From an uncultured Candidatus Saccharibacteria bacterium (GTDB lineage: Bacteria; Patescibacteriota; Minisyncoccia; Phycocordibacterales; UBA6065), in assembly GCA_964559755.1 (NCBI GenBank), contig CAZLHP010000005.1, positions 10,901 to 69,467 of the forward strand: a stretch of DNA of 58,567 bases, written 5' to 3'. The translations under genes were made by a program, and so were the position numbers. Positions 9,012-17,828 of the stretch are shown in pieces. The stretch's first letter is position 1. Each line of letters opens with the position of its first letter. The notes beneath the pieces are model-generated. The model was not told the origin of the DNA and searched no databases. It saw only the letters and a list, made by a program, of their open reading frames with translations.

Positions 9012-9049
9012 ACAACAAAAAATGGCTCAGTAAAGCCATTTTTTGTTGT
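9012..9049 (-). terminator. Terminator downstream of the RNase J gene
   Basis: A perfect 16-bp stem is present: ACAACAAAAAATGGCT-CAGTAA-AGCCATTTTTTGTTGT. It is U-rich in both orientations. Confidence 0.7.
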
Positions 9050-9110
9050 GTTTATTTTATTTTTCCTGCTTTTTGTTCAGTCTCCAAGATACTAGATTCT
9101 AGATACAATC

Positions 9111-10991
9111 TTAAATCGTGAGAAGTACTGGAATAACGATCGGTCGCTTTGCTGTCTCTTGGAAGAGGTAACGAGAAACCGCATCAGTCACATTTGCTTT
9201 TACAAAGTCGAGGTTCAAAGGATTCATACCTTCGGTTGAGTCCTCAATTGTTTTCTTTATGATGTGGCGAGCTTCACGGAGAAGGTCCTGTGATTCACGG
9301 AGATACACGAATCCTCGAGAGATAATATCAGGAGATTTCTTGAGCTTGCCGTTGTCTGCGTTTACGATTGCAAAGACTACGAACATTCCGTCCTGTGCGA
9401 GCATCTGGCGATCTCGAATAACTACCTCCTGTACATCTCCAACTGCGAAACCATCAACCATAACCATTCCTGAAGGAGCTTTTTCTTTGAGTACTACAAG
9501 CTTGGTTCCTTTCTCTTGGATTTCAATAATGGTTCCATTGTCTGGTACTACAACACGATCAGGTGTCATACCGAGAGTTTCTGCGAGTTCAGCGTGAATA
9601 CGGAGCATGTAGTGATTTCCATGCATAGGCATAAAGAACTTCGGCTTTATTTTCTTGTGTAGCCATTCAACTTCACCTCTGTTGCCGTGACCTGTTGAGT
9701 GGATATATACATCCGATGTTCGGTAGTGAATTATTTTTGCGCCGTGACGTGCAATATTGTCTTTGAGTTTCTGCACAGTTTTTTCGTTTCCAGGAATGAT
9801 AGATGAAGAGAGGAGTACCGTATCTCTCTTGCCTATGTGGATATTTTTGTGAGCCTTTGTTGCCATACGCATGAGGGCTGCAAAGTCTTCACCTTGAGCA
9901 CCTGTTGCGAGAATGACAACTTTGTCAGGAGCCACTGACTCAATGTCTTGTGAGCCGATGATGGTGCCTTTCTTTATTTCGAGCACTCCAGCCATCTGTG
10001 CGATTTCTACGTTTGTTTTCATGCTTCGTCCCTCGAGTATGATTTTTTTGCCATACTTTTCTGCGATTTGGATGATTGCCACAATACGCTGAAGCTGAGA
10101 GGCAAAGGTACCAATAATGAGACGTCCCTTTATGGTACGTATAATTTCTTCGAGGTTTTTATGAACAACACTTTCAGGTGTTGAGAACCCTGGGTTTTCT
10201 ATGTTGGTCGAATCGGCCATCATGAAAAGGGTGTTTTCTTTTTCAAAGATTGAGTAGGATTCCTCTTCTACTTCTGTAGGTACGCCGTCTACGTGGTCGA
10301 GTTTGTAGTCTCCTGGGGTTACGATAGATCCATACGGAGTATCAATAATGAGTCCCATAGAGTCTGGAATAGTGTGAGTCACCGCAAAGAAACGTAGAGT
10401 GAGCGCACCGATTTTTATTTTGTCATTTTTTTCTACAACGCGAATATCGAGTGGTGGAAGGTGAGGGAACTCAGCCTGGCGCTTTTTGACCATGATTGCG
10501 GTGAGGTTTCGGGTATAGAGTGGTGGATTACCAATACGATCCATGATGTAAGGAATACCTCCGATGTGATCGAGGTGTCCGTGGGTTATGACGATTGCGC
10601 GGATTTTGTCTTTGCGCTCTTCGAGATAGCGTGTGTTAGGAAGGATATAGTCGATTCCTGGGGTTGATTCCTCTTTGAACTGGAATCCTGCATCAATAAC
10701 GATGATGTCATTACCAAACTCAACCATGGTCATGTTTTTTCCCACTTCTTCTACTCCACCGAGGGGGATAATACGAATGTTATCTCCGATAGGTGGTATC
10801 GGTGCAGTGTCCATCTTTCTCTCCATAGGTGATCCGTCGTGAGGTCGGCCTCCACCGCTACCAAATCTCTTTGGCATGCGTCGTCTATCCATACGGCCTC
10901 TCTTTCGGAGGTTGTGGTTTCGTCCACGAGAAGGACCTTGTGCGGGACTGTCTCGATTAAATTCTTTTTTAGGTTGAGTTTCTGGGTTCAT
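9111..10991 (-). CDS. rnj: Ribonuclease J with a basic Arg/Gly-rich N-terminal extension
   Basis: The metallo-beta-lactamase motif VITHGHLDHIGG is present, with the RNase J-like N-terminus IRIIPLGGVEEVGKNMTMVEFGNDIIVIDAG and a beta-CASP-sized body. About 70 extra N-terminal residues are rich in R, K and G. Confidence 0.85.
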   Translation of the reverse strand: MNPETQPKKEFNRDSPAQGPSRGRNHNLRKRGRMDRRRMPKRFGSGGGRPHDGSPMERKMDTAPIPPIGDNIRIIPLGGVEEVGKNMTMVEFGNDIIVIDAGFQFKEESTPGIDYILPNTRYLEERKDKIRAIVITHGHLDHIGGIPYIMDRIGNPPLYTRNLTAIMVKKRQAEFPHLPPLDIRVVEKNDKIKIGALTLRFFAVTHTIPDSMGLIIDTPYGSIVTPGDYKLDHVDGVPTEVEEESYSIFEKENTLFMMADSTNIENPGFSTPESVVHKNLEEIIRTIKGRLIIGTFASQLQRIVAIIQIAEKYGKKIILEGRSMKTNVEIAQMAGVLEIKKGTIIGSQDIESVAPDKVVILATGAQGEDFAALMRMATKAHKNIHIGKRDTVLLSSSIIPGNEKTVQKLKDNIARHGAKIIHYRTSDVYIHSTGHGNRGEVEWLHKKIKPKFFMPMHGNHYMLRIHAELAETLGMTPDRVVVPDNGTIIEIQEKGTKLVVLKEKAPSGMVMVDGFAVGDVQEVVIRDRQMLAQDGMFVVFAIVNADNGKLKKSPDIISRGFVYLRESQDLLREARHIIKKTIEDSTEGMNPLNLDFVKANVTDAVSRYLFQETAKRPIVIPVLLTI

Positions 10992-11016
10992 GATAGTTAT
11001 TGATGCGTATAATTTT

Positions 11017-12825
11017 TTATATGTGTGTTGCGGAATCTGTTACTAGTTCTAAAGTATCTGATCCTTCGCGTATGTAATATTCTTGTGAAAAGAATGTCCA
11101 AACGTTATCGGTCTCTATATACCACTGATATATATTTGAGAATCTGTCGCTCGGTGTTGTGATGGTCTCAAGGTGTATATTTTTTATGCTGTCGGGGATG
11201 CTGTAGATGAACTGTGGGCTGTAGAGGAAGAGGGCGGGGAGGTCTTTCTTTATTTCTTCATTAAATGATTCGTAGAGGGCGATTCTTTTGTCTTTGTCTT
11301 TTTCGGTGCGTATATTTTCTAGGATTGAATCGGCTTTGCTGTTGGTGTAGAGGGCGATGTTGAGTCCGGGGTCATTTCTCTGGGATGAATGCCAGAACGC
11401 GTAGAGATCAGGGTTTCGTCCCGTGACGGTTCCAAAGAGAAGTGCATCATATTTGCGAGGGCGGATAACATTTTGGTTGAGGTCGCTTGTTTCAAAGATG
11501 CGTACATCAACGCCGACACCGATGCTTTTCCATGCCTCTTCTACCATGCGAGCTGTTTGTACGAGCTCAGGGACATTTGATGTTGAGAGGGAGAGGAAGA
11601 TTTTTTGGGTAACACCTTTGGTGGTTTTTTCGCGAACGCCTGTGTCTGGATTTATTTTCCAACCTGCTTTTTCAAGGAGCGCTATCGCTTCTTCTCGTCG
11701 TGTTGAGGATGCAGTGCTGGTTGCCTCGAGAGAGGTTTCGATTGTAGGGAAAGGTGCTGACGCCACTGTTCCAAAACCATAAAACACATCGTTGATAATG
11801 GCGTTTTTGTCGAGCGCTCTATCGAGTGCAGTACGAACCTCTTTGTTGAGAAGTACTTCGTTTTGATTTTGATTAAAAAATATACCAAAGATGCGAGTAA
11901 GGGGTGTCTCGGAATAGGGTGTGTGGTCGGTGTTGAAATCTTTTGCATAGATAGGGCTAATACCGGAGAGGCTCTGGATATCGCCTTGTTGGTAGCTTTC
12001 TACCGCTGTTTTTTCGTTTTGGTAAAACTGGATGATGAGCTTTTCTATGAAAGGTGCACCAAGGGCGTAATCATCGTTTGGTACGAGTTCATATCGTGAA
12101 GGAATTCCGTTTTCATTTCTTTTTACTGAATCAACAACAAAAGGTCCTGATCCTATTGGCTCAACGTTGAATTGGCTAAAGGGAAACTCATCTATCTCGA
12201 TAGATTTCCAAATATGCTTTGGCAAAATACCCATAGTGGTGTTTTCCAAAAAGAGTGCGTATGGTTGGCGTAGTATAAAACGTATTTCTGTAGGAGATTG
12301 TTTTTCAATAGTCACACCTTCCCACATTGCTCGGCGAGGACTCTTGAGTCCGCTGTCTTGGGCTTTGAGAATAGTAAATTCTATATCATCTGTTGTAATA
12401 GGCTGACCATCGCTCCACGTGAGAGAATCTTTGAGAGTGAAAATATAAGAAAGGCCATCATCTGATACTGAATAGGTAGAAGCGAGGTCAGGAATGAGTG
12501 TTCCGTCAGGAAGCGCCTTCATGAGTCCTGAGTACACAAGGGAGCTCAAATCCCTGTCTGCGTCTGAAATATCAAGAAGTGGGTTTACGAAACGAGGTGT
12601 TCCCACGATACCTTCTGTGAGTGTCCCTCCGCGTGTCGGTATAGTAATGAGAAACATGTCATTTACTTTTGATAGTATCTGTATAGAAGCAAAAGCAAAC
12701 ACAAAGAGCGCGCCATACCATGCGACTTTTTCTGCGAGACTCATTGAGTGAACAGTATCTTCGATACGATCAAGTATTTTGATACGCCACTGTTTTTTGA
12801 CAATACGAGCTATAAACGCTTTCAC
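11017..12825 (-). CDS. ABC-transporter family-5 (peptide/nickel type) solute-binding protein, membrane anchored
   Basis: At 602 aa it has an N-terminal TM helix. Its length and conserved blocks (TLKDSLTWSDGQPITTDDIEFT; GSGPFVV; YNDPGLNIALY-type C-terminal blocks) are typical of SBP_bac_5. No permease or ATPase gene is adjacent. Confidence 0.7.
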   Translation of the reverse strand: MKAFIARIVKKQWRIKILDRIEDTVHSMSLAEKVAWYGALFVFAFASIQILSKVNDMFLITIPTRGGTLTEGIVGTPRFVNPLLDISDADRDLSSLVYSGLMKALPDGTLIPDLASTYSVSDDGLSYIFTLKDSLTWSDGQPITTDDIEFTILKAQDSGLKSPRRAMWEGVTIEKQSPTEIRFILRQPYALFLENTTMGILPKHIWKSIEIDEFPFSQFNVEPIGSGPFVVDSVKRNENGIPSRYELVPNDDYALGAPFIEKLIIQFYQNEKTAVESYQQGDIQSLSGISPIYAKDFNTDHTPYSETPLTRIFGIFFNQNQNEVLLNKEVRTALDRALDKNAIINDVFYGFGTVASAPFPTIETSLEATSTASSTRREEAIALLEKAGWKINPDTGVREKTTKGVTQKIFLSLSTSNVPELVQTARMVEEAWKSIGVGVDVRIFETSDLNQNVIRPRKYDALLFGTVTGRNPDLYAFWHSSQRNDPGLNIALYTNSKADSILENIRTEKDKDKRIALYESFNEEIKKDLPALFLYSPQFIYSIPDSIKNIHLETITTPSDRFSNIYQWYIETDNVWTFFSQEYYIREGSDTLELVTDSATHI

Positions 12826-12877
12826 GAATGTAAGTCGGAATATAGATTCCGAAGAGATTAAACTGCTTTATGTTTGA

Positions 12878-13111
12878 TTAGAGTACGAGAGCGGCAAATG
12901 TTGAAAGCACAAAAAGAATTGCAACGACAATAGTCGCAATAAAGAGGGCTTTTTCTATGCCACGTCTTGTGTGAAATACCGAACTGAAGTTGTCTCCACT
13001 ACCAAGCGCTCCACCAGAGCTTCCGCCTGATTGCTGTAAAAGCACGAGGATGGTAAGGAGTACAGATAATGCCACTTGGACATACGGTACTAACGTAGAA
13101 ATCATACTCAT
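12878..13111 (-). CDS. secG: Preprotein translocase subunit SecG
   Basis: It is 77 aa with two TM helices flanking the Gly-rich VLLQQSGGSSGGALGSGDNFSSVF loop typical of SecG. Confidence 0.8.
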   Translation of the reverse strand: MSMISTLVPYVQVALSVLLTILVLLQQSGGSSGGALGSGDNFSSVFHTRRGIEKALFIATIVVAILFVLSTFAALVL

Positions 13112-13287
13112 AAAAATGAGTCTATCACACCCTCACCGTTAGGACAATAGTACCCTCAGTGGGCTCACAAGCCTTTGTTTTTCATAATATTTTAGACGTA
13201 ACGTCAATGTGTTCTCTGGCGCGCTTTCCTTATAATACCCTCATAACGCTTTAGGGCGTTCGGATATCTTTATTAGGCATAACCAAA

Positions 13288-13614
13288 GTGAAAAAGAGTA
13301 TGAAAAAAAATAATACAGAAAAACAAAAAATTGAACCTTTGGGAGACAGGGTTCTCATTAAAGGTATTACTCAAGAAGACAAAAAGACTGCGGGAGGAAT
13401 CATTATTCCTGACTCTGTGAAAGGTGACCGTTCTACAAAGCGAGGTACTGTGGTTGCCGTAGGTCTCGGTAAGTATGAAAACGGCAAACGTGTGGCCTTG
13501 TCTGTGAGCAAAGGAGACACGGTGCTCTATGGCTGGGGTGATGAGGTGGTTATTGATGGGGTCGAGTACACTCTCGTTCGAGATAGTGAAATCATGGCAA
13601 TTATCAAAAACTAA
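13288..13614 (+). CDS. groES: Co-chaperonin GroES
   Basis: The IEPLGDRVLIK....KTAGGIIIPDS.K........VVAVG pattern is present. The start is either the GTG at 13288 or the ATG at 13300. Confidence 0.9.
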   Translation: MKKSMKKNNTEKQKIEPLGDRVLIKGITQEDKKTAGGIIIPDSVKGDRSTKRGTVVAVGLGKYENGKRVALSVSKGDTVLYGWGDEVVIDGVEYTLVRDSEIMAIIKN

Positions 13615-13621
13615 CTAATAA

Positions 13622-15292
<1,671 letters not shown>

Positions 15293-15312
15293 GAATATAG
15301 GATAGGTATCAA

Positions 15313-15350
15313 AAAAGACAGTAGGTTTTGCACCTATTGTCTTTTTTGTT
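15313..15350 (+). terminator. groEL terminator
   Basis: The stem AGACAGTAGGT/ACCTATTGTCT (one G-U pair) is followed by TTTTTTG. Confidence 0.65.
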
Positions 15351-15392
15351 TTTGTGGGGTATAGTTTTTTTAGAAATTCCTCCTATTCTCCT

Positions 15393-15740
15393 ATGAACAT
15401 TGTTATCAATATTCTCATGTTCGTGGTTACGTCAGTATTACCTATCGTAGTACTTTGTCTTGCTTTTCTTAGCACTCTTGGGTTTTTGTTGTTTTTTTGG
15501 ACTTGGAATGCTGACGATCTTAATAAGACGTCAATACAAAATCTCGAACGGAGAAGATTTTTTTATGAAACCTTAACAATTGATATCGGGTACTTTGCTT
15601 TAACGGGATGGGGTTTGTATATGGGCAGAGAAGCTCCTGTGCTTATATTACTTTTTAACACCTTCACTGCTGCTTTTACAGGTCTCGCTATCATGTCTTT
15701 TCTGTTTCGGCGTCTGGAAGAGAAAATGATAGTTCCATGA
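15393..15740 (+). CDS. Hypothetical integral membrane protein
   Basis: It has four hydrophobic segments. The ATG at 15393 is preferred because the GTG at 15354 abuts the groEL terminator. It is followed by the terminator AAACCCCATT-CCATG-AATGGGGTTT (15746-15770). Confidence 0.5.
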   Translation: MNIVINILMFVVTSVLPIVVLCLAFLSTLGFLLFFWTWNADDLNKTSIQNLERRRFFYETLTIDIGYFALTGWGLYMGREAPVLILLFNTFTAAFTGLAIMSFLFRRLEEKMIVP

Positions 15741-15803
15741 CATCAAAACCCCATTCCATGAATGGGGTTTTATTATGCTATACTAATCATCTAGGGATGA
15801 TTA

Positions 15804-16445
15804 TTGTCTATGGAAAAACACAATCCTATTCTCACGTTTCTCGATCGTTTCCTCGATGTTCCTGAAGCAAAGGTAACGTATCTTACGCGACCTACTCCTA
15901 TCGACAGGTTTTTTGAAAAAACTTTTTTAAAAATCCTTCCCGCATGGCTCACGCCTAACCGCATAACAGGTTTTCGGCTTATAACTATTCCTGTCATTGG
16001 TTATTTGCTCTTGTCGGACTATTTCCTCGCGGGAACAATACTCTTTTTGTTTTCTGCTTTTTCTGATGCTCTCGATGGGGCTCTCGCGCGAACAAAACAC
16101 AAGATTACCAGTTGGGGCACATTTTATGATCCCGTTGCAGACAAGCTTCTCATTGGTACCGTGTCTGTGATTATCGTTTCTCAGTATTTGAGTTTTTATT
16201 TAGCACTCGCTATTGTCTTGATTGAGCTCTTTCTCGTTTCCTCAGCGTATTTTCGTTATCGTGGTAGGGTAGTGCCTGCAAAGATTATGGGTAAAACAAA
16301 AATGGTACTCCAGTGTTTTGGTGTCATCTTTCTTTTGTTCTACATAGTTTTTGGTATTGGGTGGTTTCTCGTAGCGGCACAATATATACTCTATTTGGCA
16401 GTTGTGTTCGCTCTGTTGTCTTTGTTTGTTTTCAAATCAATATAA
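15804..16445 (+). CDS. CDP-alcohol phosphatidyltransferase family protein
   Basis: The family signature D-x2-DG-x2-AR-x8-G-x3-D-x3-D matches exactly in DALDGALARTKHKITSWGTFYDPVADK. The protein has multiple TM segments. Confidence 0.85.
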   Translation: MSMEKHNPILTFLDRFLDVPEAKVTYLTRPTPIDRFFEKTFLKILPAWLTPNRITGFRLITIPVIGYLLLSDYFLAGTILFLFSAFSDALDGALARTKHKITSWGTFYDPVADKLLIGTVSVIIVSQYLSFYLALAIVLIELFLVSSAYFRYRGRVVPAKIMGKTKMVLQCFGVIFLLFYIVFGIGWFLVAAQYILYLAVVFALLSLFVFKSI

Positions 16446-16449
16446 ATTT

Positions 16450-16589
16450 GGAGAGTTACCGGAGCGGTTGAACGGGTGAGAAATGTCCGGGGGATATTTC
16501 GCAAGGACGGACCTGCCTTGGGCGGGGAGGCAGGGTCGCGGAATTCGCCAGCTGGCGAATATCTGTGACGTCCTAGATTTTGATTTAAC
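16450..16589 (+). ncRNA. Unassigned structured RNA: a type-II tRNA 5' fragment joined to a non-tRNA fold
   Basis: Positions 16450-16476 read GGAGAGT-TA-CCG-GAGCGGTTGAA-CGG-G. This aligns position for position with the acceptor 5' strand and D-arm of the adjacent tRNA-Ser. No anticodon arm, T-arm or ACTCTCC 3' strand follows; instead there are several strong hairpins (see findings). Confidence 0.45.
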
Positions 16590-16591
16590 GC

Positions 16592-16678
16592 GGAGGGTTG
16601 CCAGAGCGGTCGAATGGGCAGTCCTGGAAAGACTGTGTGTCGGAAACGGCACCGAGAGTTCGAATCTCTCACCCTCCG
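16592..16678 (+). tRNA. tRNA-Ser (anticodon GGA), type II with a long variable arm; CCA is not encoded
   Basis: Hand fold: acceptor GGAGGGT/ACCCTCC, D-arm CCA-GAGCGGTCGAA-TGG, anticodon arm CAGTC-CTGGAAA-GACTG, variable arm TGTGTCGGAAACGGCAC, T-arm GAGAG-TTCGAAT-CTCTC, discriminator G. Confidence 0.9.
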
Positions 16679-16684
16679 CGTTGT

Positions 16685-16718
16685 ATCAAAAAAGCCTGTC
16701 ACGCATGGTGACAGGCTT
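16685..16718. terminator. Bidirectional terminator hairpin
   Basis: The hairpin is AGCCTGTCAC-GCATG-GTGACAGGCT (16693-16717). The U-run is strong on the minus strand (TTTTTTGA) and weaker on the plus strand (TTTAGG). Confidence 0.75.
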
Positions 16719-16922
16719 TAGGTAACAAACCTCAATTCAATCAGCAGAGAGTGGTATTTCACTTTTCGCCTCTTCTTTTTCTAGCGAAAAAGCCTCAACG
16801 GCTCCCACTTATTTCTACACACTACTTTTCTCTTATTGGTCCAGTTTCGGGCATCGAACCCGACTACTCGTCCAGTTTTTGGCCGAGGTGTCGCCACCAT
16901 GACAAACCGTTGTTACTTACCC
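16686..16922 (-). ncRNA. Candidate ~235-nt minus-strand RNA containing a tRNA-like T-arm followed by ACCA
   Basis: It is bounded by a TTGACT-N16-TAGTAT promoter (16957-16930) and the 16693-16717 terminator. It contains TCGGG-TTCGATG-CCCGA followed by AACTGG-ACCA (16864-16837). It has no convincing ORF. Confidence 0.45.
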
Positions 16923-16929
16923 AAATGAG

Positions 16930-16957
16930 ATACTAGTTTATTTTAATCTTAAGTCAA
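16930..16957 (-). promoter_or_regulatory. Sigma70-like promoter for the 16686-16922 RNA
   Basis: The minus strand reads TTGACT (16957-16952), a 16-nt spacer, then TAGTAT (16935-16930). Confidence 0.45.
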
Positions 16958-17012
16958 GGACTATTTTTTTGACCGTCGCTTGTAAAGGTTTGCGTAATTA
17001 ATTTCCAATACA

Positions 17013-17045
17013 ATAAAAAATGCCAACGAGGGTTAGTCGTTGGCA
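17013..17045 (-). terminator. Rho-independent terminator inside the non-coding region
   Basis: The minus strand reads TGCCAACGA-CTAACCC-TCGTTGGCA followed by TTTTTTATTG. Confidence 0.75.
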
Positions 17046-17318
17046 TTCGGTGCAAGGTTCCTAACATTTAGGATTACGAAGGAATTTTTGTACCGTTACT
17101 GGTCTTGATTATTTTCTTCGCGGATTCACAAAGCAATGTGTACACATTGCTTTGCTACTCAGGAAACCTCTGGGTCCTTGTGAAGGTAGGTCTCCCCGTT
17201 CGGAGACTTTTCAGCTTGGTACCTGTATACGAGGTCCTACAACCCCACACTTTCGCGCGGTTTGTCCTGTTCCCTGTTAGGGAATCAGCTTTAGCTTTTC
17301 TTGGAAAGAACGCTTGCT
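17013..17318 (-). ncRNA. Candidate ~305-nt minus-strand structured RNA, family unassigned
   Basis: It is bounded by a TTGACT-N17-TACTAT promoter and the 17021-17045 terminator. The 5' and 3' ends pair (GCAAG(C)GTTCT with GGAACCTTGC). It contains a GNRA hairpin CCGCGC-GAAA-GTGTGG, a 26-nt perfect palindrome and other hairpins. It has no credible ORF. Confidence 0.45.
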
Positions 17319-17324
17319 GTCGCC

Positions 17325-17353
17325 ATAGTAGCGTTACCGTTTTACAAAGTCAA
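17325..17353 (-). promoter_or_regulatory. Sigma70-like promoter for the 17013-17318 RNA
   Basis: The minus strand reads TTGACT (17353-17348), a 17-nt spacer, then TACTAT (17330-17325). Confidence 0.5.
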
Positions 17354-17365
17354 ATACTTTTCTCA

Positions 17366-17399
17366 AACTAAAAACCCTACCACTTTTCGAGGTAGGGTT
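17366..17399 (-). terminator. Terminator of the 17406-17756 gene
   Basis: The minus strand reads AACCCTACC-TCGAAAAGT-GGTAGGGTT followed by TTTAGTTT. Confidence 0.65.
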
Positions 17400-17405
17400 C
17401 AGACA

Positions 17406-17756
17406 CTATAGTTTCAAAATCCTGCGTTCTGCAGGAGACAGTTTTGCAAGGGCTTTTTCCTTTACCTTTACGAGTTCAGATTCATCACTGAAGATGGTTA
17501 CGGGTTCTACTTCTGTGATGTTGTACCCCACAGTTCCATCAGTGAGAACTAGTATCTTTTTTGTGTGGTGCCAGTCTGCACCTGTCTGAACTCCTGCAAA
17601 CGCCTGCGCGACATCTGGATTCTTGAAGACTCCAATTGATTCTGATTTCCGTCCATCATCATCAACACGATACACTTCGGTCATCTCGATAATCCTGAAT
17701 CCTTTGAGGTCTTTGTCGACTAATTTTTTAATTTCGGCATGTTTAGCCATGTGCAT
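17406..17756 (-). CDS. Hypothetical cytoplasmic protein
   Basis: This 116-aa ORF is in the same orientation as the upstream redox operon and has its own terminator. No motif was recognised. The start may be the second ATG (17750). Confidence 0.5.
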   Translation of the reverse strand: MHMAKHAEIKKLVDKDLKGFRIIEMTEVYRVDDDGRKSESIGVFKNPDVAQAFAGVQTGADWHHTKKILVLTDGTVGYNITEVEPVTIFSDESELVKVKEKALAKLSPAERRILKL

Positions 17757-17828
17757 CTCCTTGGTTTGATTTTGCTTTCTGGGGAGATACTACCTGAGAC
17801 AGGGAAACAAGTCTAGATTTTTTATTTC

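Noticed and set aside
8300-9110. Short shared words (CTAGATTC, CAATCTT) on both flanks of the GC-rich island as target-site duplications or inverted repeats.
   Set aside because: They are only 7-8 nt, lie in AT-rich spacers and occur in swapped order. That is within chance expectation and does not support a mobile-element call.
13112-13287. A CIRCE/HrcA operator upstream of groES.
   Set aside because: No TTAGCACTC-N9-GAGTGCTAA-like inverted repeat is present, only weak unrelated dyads.
16450-16864. A split tRNA, with the 5' half at 16450 (+) and the 3' half (T-arm plus ACCA) at 16864-16837 (-).
   Set aside because: The acceptor strands are not complementary. GGAGAGT would need ACTCTCC, but the 3' piece offers AACTGG(A).
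16686-17353. Calling the minus-strand RNAs RNase P RNA, tmRNA, SRP RNA or 6S RNA.
   Set aside because: I looked for several hallmarks and found none intact or in the right order:
- GGAAAGUCCGGGC and ACAGAAxCCGGCUUA (RNase P P4)
- a GGGG 5' end pairing with the strand before ACCA, plus a tag ORF (tmRNA, standard or permuted)
- GGAA-GGAAGCAGC (SRP helix 8)

Only partial resemblances exist: ACAGGACAAACCGCG, and CUGGAC...T-arm...ACCA. A covariance-model search is needed to settle this.
16751-17371. The plus-strand ORFs 16751..16936 (61 aa) and 17105..17371 (88 aa) as protein genes.
   Set aside because: They have no Shine-Dalgarno and implausible composition. The region has minus-strand promoters and terminators and dense hairpins, so non-coding RNA is the better explanation.
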